Shown here piece by piece: positions 51,873-62,686 of a stretch of 64,000 bases of DNA. The position numbers and the translations under genes are program-made. How positions within the stretch are numbered: the stretch's first letter is position 1; each line of letters starts with the position of its first letter. Origin of the DNA: an uncultured Acidimicrobiales bacterium (GTDB taxonomy: Bacteria > Actinomycetota > Acidimicrobiia > Acidimicrobiales > UBA10347); NCBI GenBank assembly GCA_943788915.1, contig CALSSD010000007.1, forward strand, positions 1-64,000, written 5' to 3'. The notes beneath the pieces are model-generated. The model ran no database searches. It was given only the letters and a program-made list of their open reading frames with translations, and was not told the DNA's origin.

Positions 51873-52261
51873 CTAGCTGGCAGTGCGCTCGTCGACGATT
51901 GCCTTAATACGGGCTGCGAGAACCGGGTGTTCAGTGAGCAGTTCGTCGAAGTCCCACATCATGATCTTTGCGAGGTCACATGTCTCAAGCGCTGTGACCG
52001 TGGCATTTCGTTTCTCGCCGGTCACCAGCGAAACCTCGCCAAAGAAGTCACCCGCTCCGACCTCTGCGATCACGCCATCGCCGGCGTCGACACTCAGACG
52101 ACCTGCGATCACAAGGAAAAGCGAATAACCGAAGTCATCTTTCTTGTGACCCGTTCGCCAGCCATACGCCGAATCGGTTCGAACAGTTCGAGCTTACGAG
52201 TGAGCTCTTCATCGCTCATTCCCTCGAAGAGATCAAAGGTGCGGAGTGTCTCGATGTCCAT
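51873..52261 (-). CDS. Cyclic nucleotide-binding domain protein, frameshift ~52140
   Basis: LRTFDLFEGMSDEEL...GERV, then DFGYSLFLVIAG...GAGDFFGEVSL...RNATVTA. Confidence 0.82.
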
Positions 52262-52866
52262 GTTTTCATCCCGTGGGTCGGCCGCCAGAAATATAGTCTG
52301 GAAACATGAGAGAGCACATCGAACCAGCCTGGATTCGTGGTAGCCGATGCTGGACTCAAACGAGTGGACACAACCTGGGTGCATCCCAGACGCTTCAGAC
52401 AGCGCTCCATACAGCGCTTTAGACAAGGAGCAACTCGGCACGAGTGGGAACGATCGAGTCCGAACTGCGACCGGCCAGGTGACGGTCGTCGCACCCACAG
52501 CGAGCGTCACCTCCATTTGGCTGAACCGATTTGTGCTCGACGCGACCTCAACGATGCGGCCAACACCCAGACCGGCCCCGACCGCACGGCCAGCAATCGC
52601 CGACAACGACCACGGCGGCCTCGCTGGCACCAGCGGCCCGACCTTGAAATGGATGAGCTGGAAGCCCCAAGACTCGGGCGTCACCATCTTCCTCGCACCC
52701 GGCACCGTTACTTCTGACGCACGCAGGATCTACTCGGCCGCAACCGGGTACTCACTGACTACGTCGACATCTACTTCGGCTGATTCGATAATCGGAGAAG
52801 CACGCACCCCGAACTGATGCAACCATCCGACGAATGCCGGGAGCGAGGCGGCGATAACGTCGCAGG

Positions 52867-53226
52867 ATGCGCCTCGATCCGTGCCCCTCGTCCCCCAACT
52901 GTGTGTGTTCGCAGGACGATCCGTCGGATTCTCAGCATTACATCGAACCCCTTGAGTACGACGGGCCAGCCGAGACCGCCGTCAACGTCATCGCTTCAGT
53001 GATTGAGTCGTCGACCGGCGCAGTGATTAGTAGCCGCACGGTCGACCGTGTCGATGCTGTCTTCACAACTCGTTTCTTTCGGTTTAAGGATGACGTGTCG
53101 TTCCTAGTCGACACCGAGACGAAGAAAATCCATTTCCGCAGCGCCTCTCGAGTTGGCAAGAGCGACCTGGGTGCTAACCGAAAGCGACTCAGTGCGTTAC
53201 TGCCAAAGATCAAGGCCAAGCTCTAG
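52867..53226 (+). CDS. DUF1499 family protein
   Basis: PCPSSPNCVCSQ, FKDDVSF and RSASRVGKSDLGANRKR motifs. Confidence 0.9.
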   Translation: MRLDPCPSSPNCVCSQDDPSDSQHYIEPLEYDGPAETAVNVIASVIESSTGAVISSRTVDRVDAVFTTRFFRFKDDVSFLVDTETKKIHFRSASRVGKSDLGANRKRLSALLPKIKAKL

Positions 53227-53335
53227 CGGCAAGTCTCGGGATGCCTCTTGGAACTAGACGCTGTGTGACTGACCTCTTCGTCGGACCTCCGCGAGGTCTG
53301 TTGCGCAACCAACATGCACCAAGCAGCCAAGTTTT

Positions 53336-54613
53336 GTGATGTTCCCCGACCTGATCGCTTCGCGCAGATACCCAGTGTTGCGCCGCTTGTTCGTCTTCGT
53401 TCTGGCATCACTTTCTTTTTTGACCGCATGCAAAAGCACGGCCTCAATCGATATGGCGGACACCGAGTCGACCATGTCCGCAGGCGCTTCGGGTGCTCTT
53501 TCTGACAACGCGACGCCCTCAGATGCCGGCGCAAGGTTCGTTGTGCGAGGCGAACTTCCTCTGTCTACCGACAACGTCAACCGGCTGATTGCGTTTGTTG
53601 AAGAAGACACTGGCCGCGCATTCGTGCGTCCTCCAGTGATCGTCGCCCAATCACCCGACGACTTCTTCGCTGGGCTTGAGGATGACCTTGGTGACTTCAA
53701 TGCCGACGCAGAGGTCAGCGTGCGGGGGCTCCAGGCATTAGGACTAACGACCCAGGGAGTCGGCGATGTGACCCGGTCATTCGAAGCCATGCTGCTCTCG
53801 CCCGAGGGCATTCTTGGTTACTACGACCCGATCCCCGACGAGTTGTACGTTCCGATCGGCGCACCAGGCGACGATGACTTTCGCAGTCTTTTGGTGCATG
53901 AGTTAACCCACGCACTCGACGGCCAACACGCAGATCTCAGCGTGTTGGATGACCTCATAGCCCAGGGTGATGAGTCCGGCAACTATGAGCCGCTGCTGGC
54001 CCTGCAGGCGGTAGCCGAAGGCCGGGCCAGCTCGGTACAAAACCAGTGGATGGCCGAAAACGGCGTGGTGCAAGAGCTCCCCGACGATCTAGGTGCAATC
54101 GAGGATGTGCCTGCAGCCCTAGTGCTCGCTCTAAGCGTTCCGTATACATTTGGCGAGCAGTACATCGAAGCAAATGGTGGCGCCGCAGAGACCTGGGACC
54201 TGTTGGAAAAACCTCCTGCATCCAGCGAAGTCTTCATGGTTGCATTCGGCAACCCCGGTGACGAAGCAATCATCGACGTAGCGACACCAACGGCTGACGG
54301 ACCGGTGCTCGACGATGTCGTGTTCGGAGCCAGCGACATCTTCGTGTGGCTTCTCGGTGAGTCGCTCGATCCAGACCCAGCACTGATCTTCCCTACGCTG
54401 GCCGCAATCGATGGTTGGGCGGGCGGCCGCGCGGTGTTGTGGGGCAACAACAGCCAGTCATGCATGCGAATCGCCATCGCTGCAGACAGCACAAACGACC
54501 TCGCCGAAATCGAAGAAGTAACCAGACTGTGGGCTGGCAACAACCCAGACCGTTCGGTCAGGCTCGAAGCCGACCTCGTCATCGTCACCGGATGTGCGCC
54601 TTATATCCCGTAG
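53336..54613 (+). CDS. Putative lipoprotein zinc metallopeptidase-like protein
   Basis: Lipobox FLTAC, GYYDP, LLVHELTHALDGQH (HExxH), EGRA and PY..G. Confidence 0.75.
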   Translation: MMFPDLIASRRYPVLRRLFVFVLASLSFLTACKSTASIDMADTESTMSAGASGALSDNATPSDAGARFVVRGELPLSTDNVNRLIAFVEEDTGRAFVRPPVIVAQSPDDFFAGLEDDLGDFNADAEVSVRGLQALGLTTQGVGDVTRSFEAMLLSPEGILGYYDPIPDELYVPIGAPGDDDFRSLLVHELTHALDGQHADLSVLDDLIAQGDESGNYEPLLALQAVAEGRASSVQNQWMAENGVVQELPDDLGAIEDVPAALVLALSVPYTFGEQYIEANGGAAETWDLLEKPPASSEVFMVAFGNPGDEAIIDVATPTADGPVLDDVVFGASDIFVWLLGESLDPDPALIFPTLAAIDGWAGGRAVLWGNNSQSCMRIAIAADSTNDLAEIEEVTRLWAGNNPDRSVRLEADLVIVTGCAPYIP

Positions 54614-54881
54614 TGGAGCAACCCAGATTCCGTCGGGAAGAAAGCCGGGCAGTGTTCGCCAGTCTCGGCGCTCCGCCACCTCATATCGACGAGCGTAGTC
54701 AGCATGACGCTGGCGGCGGAAGCGTTCTCTTCGTGCTGTTGCCGCCCTCCGGCTCGGCATCGGTACCGATCTGGACGGAAGAGCCATTAGCTCGAACATG
54801 GTCTCGGTGAAGAACGAGCCGGCCAAAACCAGCGGCGGGGGTTCTGCTGCGGTGTCGAGGTACTACTGAGGCCAGCCAGGT

Positions 54882-55220
54882 TCAGGCTGCGACGAACTTG
54901 GGGATCGAGGCTTCTTGAGCGTCGATAGGAGCGATTGCTATTTCGAACTGCTCCCACTCGATTGCGTCAACGCCGGTGTCGACGACACCGGCATCGACAG
55001 GGCCCAGTGGCGTGAACATTGAGGTCAGGGTGCCAGATGCTTCAACACTGAGCATTGCGATCCGGCTGCGGAAACCGTCGAAAGCTGCTTCGAGCTCTTC
55101 AATAATTCCACGGTCCGTCGAGTGGTTGATGAAGTTAGTGGCCGTTTCGACAGTCATGACAACTCCCTGTTTCATTGGTTGAACAACATCAGTGTGAGTG
55201 AAATCTCCCCCGTGGGACAA
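54882..55220 (-). CDS. Hypothetical protein (possibly a fragment)
   Basis: 112-aa ORF filling the gap with plausible composition; no recognised motif. Confidence 0.35.
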   Translation of the reverse strand: MSHGGDFTHTDVVQPMKQGVVMTVETATNFINHSTDRGIIEELEAAFDGFRSRIAMLSVEASGTLTSMFTPLGPVDAGVVDTGVDAIEWEQFEIAIAPIDAQEASIPKFVAA

Positions 55221-55329
55221 TGGTCAACTTTGATCATGTGACCGTGGATAGGCCAACCAGCCCATGGCCGCGGACGCAGTCGAGCAGGTAGAACCACCCA
55301 GACCAGGGCAGCGAACTACGGTTTCGCTC

Positions 55330-56448
55330 GTGACTTCTACACCAATCAGGGCAGCGGTATGTCGAACATTCGGCGAACCGCTGTCACTAGAGAACCTCTA
55401 CCTCGCCGCCCCCAAATCAGGACAGGTGCAGGTCAAGGTGCTGGCATCTGCCATCTGCCATAGCGACATACATTTCTTCGATGGCGCATGGGGCGGACGA
55501 CTGCCGGCGGTGTGGGGACACGAGGCCGCCGGTGTCGTCGAGGTCGTGGGCGACGACGTCTCCGAGATCAGTGTCGGCGACCACGTCGTCGTCACGCTTA
55601 TCAAGTCATGCGGACAATGCCGCAACTGTCAAAAGGGTGTTTCCGTCGCTTGCACAGGCGAACTGACCGTCCATCCCACTCCCCTTTCCGATGCTGAAGG
55701 CAACCCAGTCGCCCATGGTCTGGGCACGGCTGCGTTCGCGGATCGGGCGGTTGTCGATCAGTCCCAAATTGTCGTGATTCATCCCGAAATGGCGATGGGA
55801 CCCGCGTCTTTATTGGCCTGTGGCGTGATTACCGGCGTCGGCGCCGCCACGAACACCGCCAGGATCGAGGCTGGATCGAGTGTTGTTGTGATCGGTACCG
55901 GAGGCGTCGGTCTCAATGCAGTGCAAGGCGCTCGGCTTGCCAAAGCGACCACGATCATCGCCGTAGATCTATCCGACGCCAAGCTGGAAGCAGCACGCAC
56001 CTTCGGCGCGACCCATGTCGTGAACAGCGCCAGCGTCGACCTGGTCGAGGCCATAAGCGAAGCTACTGATGGGGCGATGGCCGACTATGTCCTGGTCACC
56101 GTGGGCGCTCAGCAACCAATCGAACAGGCCCCGCTGTTGCTGGCGCCCAACGGCACGGTCGTGATCGTTGGCATGCCAGCGACTGGAGTCACGGCAACCA
56201 TCGACCCAGTCACCATGGCGGCGCTAAACCAGTCGATTCTGGGATCAAAGATGGGCACGTCAACAATCGGCATCGACATCCCCGAGCTCATCTCCAAGTA
56301 CCGAAACGGCGCATTGTTGCTCGATGAATTAATCACTCGCACGTACCCCATCGACGACATCAATGAGGCCATTGACTCAGTCAAGGCCGGGCATGCCGTT
56401 CGCAATGTGATCCTGTTCGACCATCCAACCCCGGCGGAGGCAGGCTGA
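55330..56448 (+). CDS. Zn-dependent alcohol dehydrogenase (MDR, class III-like)
   Basis: CHSD, GHEAAG, CGQCRNC..G...AC, ACGVITG and GTGGVG motifs; TACGGT -10 7 nt before GTG 55330. Confidence 0.92.
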   Translation: MTSTPIRAAVCRTFGEPLSLENLYLAAPKSGQVQVKVLASAICHSDIHFFDGAWGGRLPAVWGHEAAGVVEVVGDDVSEISVGDHVVVTLIKSCGQCRNCQKGVSVACTGELTVHPTPLSDAEGNPVAHGLGTAAFADRAVVDQSQIVVIHPEMAMGPASLLACGVITGVGAATNTARIEAGSSVVVIGTGGVGLNAVQGARLAKATTIIAVDLSDAKLEAARTFGATHVVNSASVDLVEAISEATDGAMADYVLVTVGAQQPIEQAPLLLAPNGTVVIVGMPATGVTATIDPVTMAALNQSILGSKMGTSTIGIDIPELISKYRNGALLLDELITRTYPIDDINEAIDSVKAGHAVRNVILFDHPTPAEAG

Positions 56449-57653
56449 TGCATGTCGCAGAATTAGAGACGTTTGTTGTAGGAAACCGGCCTGGCGAGTT
56501 CGGTGGCGAGTACTTCATCTTCGTGAAACTCACCACGAACACAGGCATCGTTGGTTATGGCGAACACTACGGAGCCACCTTTGGGCCCGACGTGGTTCCA
56601 GCCATGATCAGCGACATCGCCGAACGTCATCTGATTGGCAACGATCCGTTCGAGATCGAGCGTTTCTGGCACCGCTGCCTAGGGTCCGGATTCTCACATC
56701 GACCCGACATCTCACTCATGGGATGTGTGAGTGCGCTCGAGATGGCGTGCTGGGACATCATCGGCAAGGAGGTCGGCAAACCCGCGTACCAACTGCTTGG
56801 TGGCCGGGTTCACGATGCGCTTCGTTCCTACACCTATTTGTACCCCGAGCCGGGCGACAGCAAAGACGTCTATAGCGACCCTACGACGGCAGCAGAACGA
56901 GCAGCCTTCGAAGTCAGCCGCGGGTTCACCGCAGTGAAGTTCGACCCCGCAGGGCCATATTCCGTGTTCGATGGCCATCAGCCCTCGCTCGAACGACTCG
57001 ATCTTTCGGAGCGCATGGTTGCCGCTGTCCGTGAAGCTGTCGGCACCAAGGCCGATATCCTGTTCGGCACCCACGGACAATTCACCGCATCCGGTGCGTT
57101 GCGCCTGGCACGGCGACTAGAGAAGTATGACCCGTTGTGGTTTGAAGAGCCGGTGCCGCCAGACAACCCCGCCGAGATGGCGAAGGTCGCATCGCAGACA
57201 ACCATTCCGATCGCAACCGGTGAACGGCTCACGACCAAGGCCGAGTTTGCTCGCCTGCTCGATGTGAAGGCTGCGTCGATCCTGCAGATGAACCTCGGGC
57301 GGGTCGGTGGCTTACTCGAGGCAAAGAAGATCGGTGCACTTGCCGAGGCCAACGGCGCTCAGCTCGCACCCCATTTGTACTGCGGGCCGATCGTTGGCGC
57401 CGCCAACGTGCAGTTGGCCACCTGCTCACCAAACTTCTTGATCCTGGAAAGCATCAGAGACTGGTCAGGCATCCATGCTGACCTGCTGGTGACCCCGATG
57501 CAGTTTGAAGATGGACATGTCATTCCTCCAACCGCGCCGGGACTAGGGGTTGAGCTCAACGAAGAGTTCGCCCGAGCCAACCCGTACAGGGGCGACGGTC
57601 TACATCTCACGATGGACCCAAACCCGGTTACGCCACGTACCGATCAGTTCTGA
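56448..57653 (+). CDS. Mandelate racemase/muconate lactonizing (enolase superfamily) protein
   Basis: WDIIGK, KFDP, WFEEP, ATGERL and APHLYCGP motifs; TGATG coupling with the ADH. Confidence 0.92.
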   Translation: MHVAELETFVVGNRPGEFGGEYFIFVKLTTNTGIVGYGEHYGATFGPDVVPAMISDIAERHLIGNDPFEIERFWHRCLGSGFSHRPDISLMGCVSALEMACWDIIGKEVGKPAYQLLGGRVHDALRSYTYLYPEPGDSKDVYSDPTTAAERAAFEVSRGFTAVKFDPAGPYSVFDGHQPSLERLDLSERMVAAVREAVGTKADILFGTHGQFTASGALRLARRLEKYDPLWFEEPVPPDNPAEMAKVASQTTIPIATGERLTTKAEFARLLDVKAASILQMNLGRVGGLLEAKKIGALAEANGAQLAPHLYCGPIVGAANVQLATCSPNFLILESIRDWSGIHADLLVTPMQFEDGHVIPPTAPGLGVELNEEFARANPYRGDGLHLTMDPNPVTPRTDQF

Positions 57654-57686
57654 AACACCTTCCTTCGGTAGCCAGCGCGGTTCCAC

Positions 57687-57793
57687 AATCTGTTGGCTCA
57701 AAGCGTCGTATACGAAGCCCTGAGCCAACAGATTTCGCCCTCATCAACAACTGTTGCTCGCAAACATCACGGGTGATGTTTCGAACCAACAGT
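57687..57793. repeat. Two adjacent palindromic elements
   Basis: aatctgttggctca...tgagccaacagatt (57687-57734) and ctgttg..aaacatcac-gg-gtgatgttt..caacag (~57751-57792). Confidence 0.75.
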
Positions 57794-57888
57794 CTTGGGA
57801 TAGCGGCCTCACGTCGGCTGGAGATTTCTTTCGGGTGAGTTCACATAACCTGGCGCTGGTACGAGTGTTTGTTGTGAGGACGGTGGCG

Positions 57889-58437
57889 GTGAAGAACCCA
57901 GACATGGAGAACCCAGACATCGAGAACCCAGACATCGAGAACACGGTCGCCGTCTCTACCCAGGCCGCGTTCGAAATCTTCTATCGCCGTGAATTCTCGT
58001 CACTTGCTGTTATTGCTGGCACGGTCGCCGCAAACCGGTCAGTCGGCGAACATAGTGCTCAGAAAGCCCTGGCCAAGGCGAACCAGCAGTGGAGCACGGT
58101 TGCGGTGCTCGACAAACCGGGCGCCTGGGTCCGACGTGTCGCCATCAATCTGGCCATCGGCAGGAAGCAGCGCAGCCTCACCGAAGCGAAAGCCTTACTG
58201 AAGATCGGCCCTACTGCGACGACTGCAGCCGAGACACGTCGGGGTGACCCGGCAGTGTGGGCAGCCGTGGACCAACTCGCTCCCAAACAACGGGCTGTCG
58301 TCGCGCTGCACTATCTCGAGGATCGACCCGTGGCCGAGATCGCAGAGATCCTGGACATCTCGGTCAGCGCCGCCACATCAATCCTGCACAAGGCCCGCGC
58401 CAACCTCGCGACCGGGCTCGGAGAATCACATGGATGA
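57889..58437 (+). CDS. ECF sigma-70 factor with N-terminal 15-bp repeat (ENPDI)
   Basis: FEIFYRRE, AWVRRVAINL, LAPKQRAVVALHYLED and EIAEILDIS...LHKAR; agaacccagacat x3 at 57893, 57908, 57923. Confidence 0.88.
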   Translation: MKNPDMENPDIENPDIENTVAVSTQAAFEIFYRREFSSLAVIAGTVAANRSVGEHSAQKALAKANQQWSTVAVLDKPGAWVRRVAINLAIGRKQRSLTEAKALLKIGPTATTAAETRRGDPAVWAAVDQLAPKQRAVVALHYLEDRPVAEIAEILDISVSAATSILHKARANLATGLGESHG

Positions 58438-60523
58438 TCAGACGCCATCCAACGATCCACTCGACGATCGGCTGCGAGCCACCTTCACCGCCGAACGCGA
58501 CGACTTGGACCGTCGCCATCTGGCAAATGGCGGAGCAGCACTTGGGCGCCGACGTTCGCTCAAATGGATCCCGTTCGCGATAGCTGCTGCAGCGCTCGCC
58601 ATCGCCGGCTTCTTCTTGATCGGCAACCGCAGCAACGACCAAGCCGTCGAAGTCGACGTCGCCACCCAAACCGTTGATGGGTCAGCGCAACCGGTCTCGT
58701 ACGTAACGGGCCAGAACATGTGCGGTACAAGTTACAACCGCGGCTCCCGAGCCGTCGTGGGTGATGGGAGCGACGGTGCGGCGGCCCTCGCCGAACCGGA
58801 GATTTCAGGCCAGGAGGTGTCACCCGCATACTGGAGCCAGGCACGCCCGTTGAACTCGCTGGCGGGTGCACTCGCACGCAAAGTGCTACCGGGCGGACTC
58901 AAACCTGGTACGAGATCAAGGGTGCACCGGGAACGCCGAACGAGTGGGTGCTCAACGAGGACCTGGTGTGGCAGGCACAGCCAGAACCGCTTCACGAACC
59001 AACTGTCAATGCCTGCGACACCGACGTGCCCGACGTGCCTCATTTCGTGTGGGATGTCTTGGTCCTTGATCCCGACGGAGGGCTTGTCGCTCATACCTCA
59101 GCCGGCGTCGACGAACCGATCACCCGAATCATCGGGTTCGACGAGGTCGTCTCCCCAACAGGCGGCTGCGATATCGCCGCCAATGGCGCGGTCTGGTACG
59201 AACTCAGTGGCCCTGAACGCTCTGCCGATTGGGTGAATGCCCGATACTTGCGAGCACCTGAACCTGCATGCCTGCAGGCGGAGCAGTCCGGCACCAGAGC
59301 CCGCAACGGTCAGCACATTCATGAGATAACCATCGGGGGTCGCCTGAGCTCATTGGCTGCCCAGTACGGCATCGACGTCGAGGAACTTCTCAGCGCCAAT
59401 CCACACATTGATCCGAACGTGACCGTTGCCGGCGACCTCATCTGGATCCCAGGGCTTCCGGAACAGCGCGAACCCATCAACGGATCGTTCGACGGTTGGG
59501 GCGTCGTAGACAGGGACCTCGTTGCCTTTAGCTTCGACAACACCACCTATCGGTGGTATCCAACCGAGGGAGTCAAGGTCGGGACGCAGTGTTCTCGCCT
59601 GTCTGGAGGCGGCGACACACTCGACGCCCTGCCTTGCTTGCGGGTCGCCGCGCCAGTGACCAGTTCCAGCAGCGATCCGCTCGAATACATTCGGTGGCCA
59701 GCGGGGGTTATCAGTTCAACCGCTGACCACGTCCACGACATCCGCACCGAGTCGAATGAGACATGCACCCGGGTGGTTGTGACGTTTGGCGACAATGCAA
59801 ACGAAGAAGGCCTCGACGCTCCATCGACCACTCTTCCCCCAATCGTCGTGAACCAAGGACTCGATTTTGTCCGCATCTCGCCGAACGGCTGGTCGCTGGA
59901 GTCTGCGTTCATGGACGCCGACCGCGTCGACTACCCGGAAGGTATTGCACTACTTGCTCTCTATCCGGGATACGAGTTCGCGGTAGAACTCATGCACCGC
60001 GAGATGGAGCCAAACGTTCGCTTCTTCGATAACCCGGCACGCGTCGTCATCGATCTGTTTCCTCTCGAGTCTTCAAACCCCACCACGATCGGCCCCTTCG
60101 GTAACACGTTCGTATTGCGGCGGCCAATCCAGCTAGACCTGAACGGTCCGGGCATTCCCGTGGACGACGAGATCGAGATCAGTGGCTTCGGGCGCCCGTT
60201 CGAGGCGGCTGGGCTGTACCGCATCTGGGCAGTCGCCGACGACGTCGACGCGCATGCCATTCCTCGCCGATCCGCCTGCCCCGCTCATCGAAGAGTTCTT
60301 CCCAACCGCAGGCTGGGCCGAAGGCTGGGGTTCCTTTGTGATCGCCCTGCCAGATCTCGAACCCGGCACCTATATCGCCGTCTTCGGCGAGTTACCTCCG
60401 ACCGACGAGATTGGTTTCTACGGCACCGGTCAACTCTTTCGAGTGACCGACTCGTCAGCCGATGAACCCGACACCTGGCCCGAAGCCGTCCTGCTACCCA
60501 ACGTCCAACTCCCACCCGAATAG
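58430..60523 (+). CDS. Putative anti-sigma membrane protein with large extracellular region (SH3-like, LysM, AMIN-like, Gmad2-like); several frameshifts
   Basis: LDDRLRATF N-terminus, single TM, WY......WVNARYL, LSSLAAQYGIDVEELLSANP (LysM), RVVVTF..PARVVIDL, ISGFGRPFEA. Overlaps the sigma stop. Confidence 0.7.
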
Positions 60524-60548
60524 CAGGTGCGAGGTCAACCTGGGCCTC

Positions 60549-61070
60549 TCAGATGTTTGTTGGTAGCGGCAGCAGGCCGGCCATGACGTTGTCCCAGTCA
60601 TCGATGCCACAACCGTTTGTGCGGTCGAAGGTTGTTGACACAGGCTGACCATCGAGTTCACCGATGACGTCGGCAACGTCTGCACTGCCGTAGATCTCGG
60701 TGCACATCTGGTCGGCTGGAACGCCATCGATGAGACGGCTCTGCACGGCAGGCTCTGCAAGCTGGCGACACATACTGTCGGCGGCGGTACCGAGACCACC
60801 GTCGTCATCGGCAGGAGACCAGTCACCGGTCAACGTAGCGGTATCGCCGAGACAGCTCAGCGAGTACGACGCTGTTTGCTCGCCGGTCTGGGTGTTTGTG
60901 ACCACGAAGTCAATCGCTCCGATCGGATACGGACCACCGCCTAGCGGCAGCTCTACGTCCGAAGACGGTGTGGATTCAACCGGATCTTGCGTGGACGCTG
61001 TGGTTAGGTCGCTACCGCAGGCAACAACGAACAAGGAGAAGGCGAACACAAGGGTGCTTAGTCGTTTCAT
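60549..61070 (-). CDS. Lipoprotein with subtilisin-inhibitor (SSI)-like domain
   Basis: Lipobox VVACG; LSC..., MCTEIYG...G.LDG.PV...F.R.NGC...W. Confidence 0.7.
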   Translation of the reverse strand: MKRLSTLVFAFSLFVVACGSDLTTASTQDPVESTPSSDVELPLGGGPYPIGAIDFVVTNTQTGEQTASYSLSCLGDTATLTGDWSPADDDGGLGTAADSMCRQLAEPAVQSRLIDGVPADQMCTEIYGSADVADVIGELDGQPVSTTFDRTNGCGIDDWDNVMAGLLPLPTNI

Positions 61071-61191
61071 ATCTACTCTGACGTTATGAATACCGTGCTG
61101 GTTCCCGGTGTGACCGCTCACACAAACAGGCCAAGCCATACCGGAATCTTGAGTCGGGTTATGGCTACCCAGTGACCTGGTCTGTCACGAT

Positions 61192-62385
61192 TCAAGAATC
61201 CGCGGTCACCGTGGCGATGTCATCGGGTGACCACCCGAGTTCGGTGAGCATTTCGGCGGTGTGTTGGCCCACGTGGGGGGCATGACGGCGCAGCGTCGGC
61301 GAGTCGTCTGATGCAAAACTGACAGGGTCTTTAACCACCCGGTAGCTGCCCTCGGTCGGATGCTCGGCAGGTTCGAACAAGCCAACGGCAGCGAAATGAG
61401 GATCGTTCTCGAGTTCGCTCAACTCGTTCACCGGCATACACGGAATCGAATTCGCTTTGGCGAAGGCCATCCACTCGGCAGTGGTCTTACTGCCGGCGAA
61501 CTCGTGCACCAACCCGTAGAGCGCATTGATGTTGGCGACACGACTGTTCACCGTGGCAAAACGTTCATCGTCGACCAACTCGGGGCGCCCGCATTCGACG
61601 AAGATGTCGAAGTAGTTCTTGGTGCTGTACGGCAACAAGTGCACCCACCCATCGACAGATCGCTGTGGTCGACGGTGTTCGGTCTGCAGTCGCTGATAGC
61701 TGAACGGCTCAAGCTTGGGTTCGAAGGTATGCCCGTTGAGGTGTTCAACCAGGTTGAACGATGCCAGCGCTTCGGCCATCGGTACCTCGATTACGTCGCC
61801 CTTGCCGGTCGCTCCTTTCCGCACCAGACCCGCAAGCACGGCATACACAATGTGCAGAGCCGCAATCTTGTCGGCGATCGTCGATGACACGAGCGCAGGA
61901 TCTTCGCCCGACCAGCTACGCATGGTGGCCATACCCGATACCGACTGGATCACATCGTCGTACGCTGCTCGCCCGGCATAGGGCCCATCGGAGCCGAAGC
62001 CAACAGCGCCGCAATACACGAGCTCGGGTTGCACCGCGAGTAGGTCATCAGGTGCCAGATTCAGTCGCTCCAAGGCCGCGGGTCGCATGTTCGACATGAA
62101 GACCTCGCTGCTGGCCACCAGATCGAGCATCGCTCGATGTCCAGCTTCAGACTTGAGGTCGAGCATCATGCTGCGTTTGTTGCGATGCAGGTTCATGGTG
62201 ATGCCACCCATGCCCGGGTTTTTCTTTGGCACGAAGTCGCGCATGAAGTCTGAGTCGGCACCTTCGACCTTGACGACGTCGGCCCCTAGGTCGCCCAGAA
62301 TGCGGGCTGCCATTGGCGCCATCACCACCGTGCACAGGTCAACAACTCGGATGCCGGCTAGTGGGCCGGTGCTCTCGAAAGACAT
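61192..62385 (-). CDS. CaiB/BaiF family III CoA transferase
   Basis: GPLAGIRVVDL, LGDLGADVVKVE, NLHRNKRS, GFGSDGPY and YDDVIQ motifs. Confidence 0.94.
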   Translation of the reverse strand: MSFESTGPLAGIRVVDLCTVVMAPMAARILGDLGADVVKVEGADSDFMRDFVPKKNPGMGGITMNLHRNKRSMMLDLKSEAGHRAMLDLVASSEVFMSNMRPAALERLNLAPDDLLAVQPELVYCGAVGFGSDGPYAGRAAYDDVIQSVSGMATMRSWSGEDPALVSSTIADKIAALHIVYAVLAGLVRKGATGKGDVIEVPMAEALASFNLVEHLNGHTFEPKLEPFSYQRLQTEHRRPQRSVDGWVHLLPYSTKNYFDIFVECGRPELVDDERFATVNSRVANINALYGLVHEFAGSKTTAEWMAFAKANSIPCMPVNELSELENDPHFAAVGLFEPAEHPTEGSYRVVKDPVSFASDDSPTLRRHAPHVGQHTAEMLTELGWSPDDIATVTADS

Positions 62386-62686
62386 TCAGCCACGATACGC
62401 GATGCATGCATGTTGCAGCGTGGTCGAAGTGCTAGCGGCTTCACTGTCGCCCTCGCCACCTGCCTCGCCGCCTGGGCAACCGCTCGCGATCGGGCAGTGG
62501 CCACGAACGACCGCATGCACTTGCCTGCTGACTGGCACTGGTCCCCATCGCCGTCACAACGGAGGGGCCGAAGAACGCCAACTACTCGGTGCCGAGATTA
62601 CGTCCACCTATGCTCGACGTACGCCCATATTCGATACCACGCTTCTGTTCGTGGGAAGCTAGAGGGAACACCAGTAGGAGAAGCCC

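Noticed and set aside
52347..52817. 156-aa plus-strand ORF
   Set aside because: No motif or RBS, and competing frames; a decayed gene cannot be told from a spurious ORF.
54614..54880. Possible frameshifted continuation of the 54882-55220 ORF (Fic-like?)
   Set aside because: No HPFxDGNGR motif; the resemblance is too weak.
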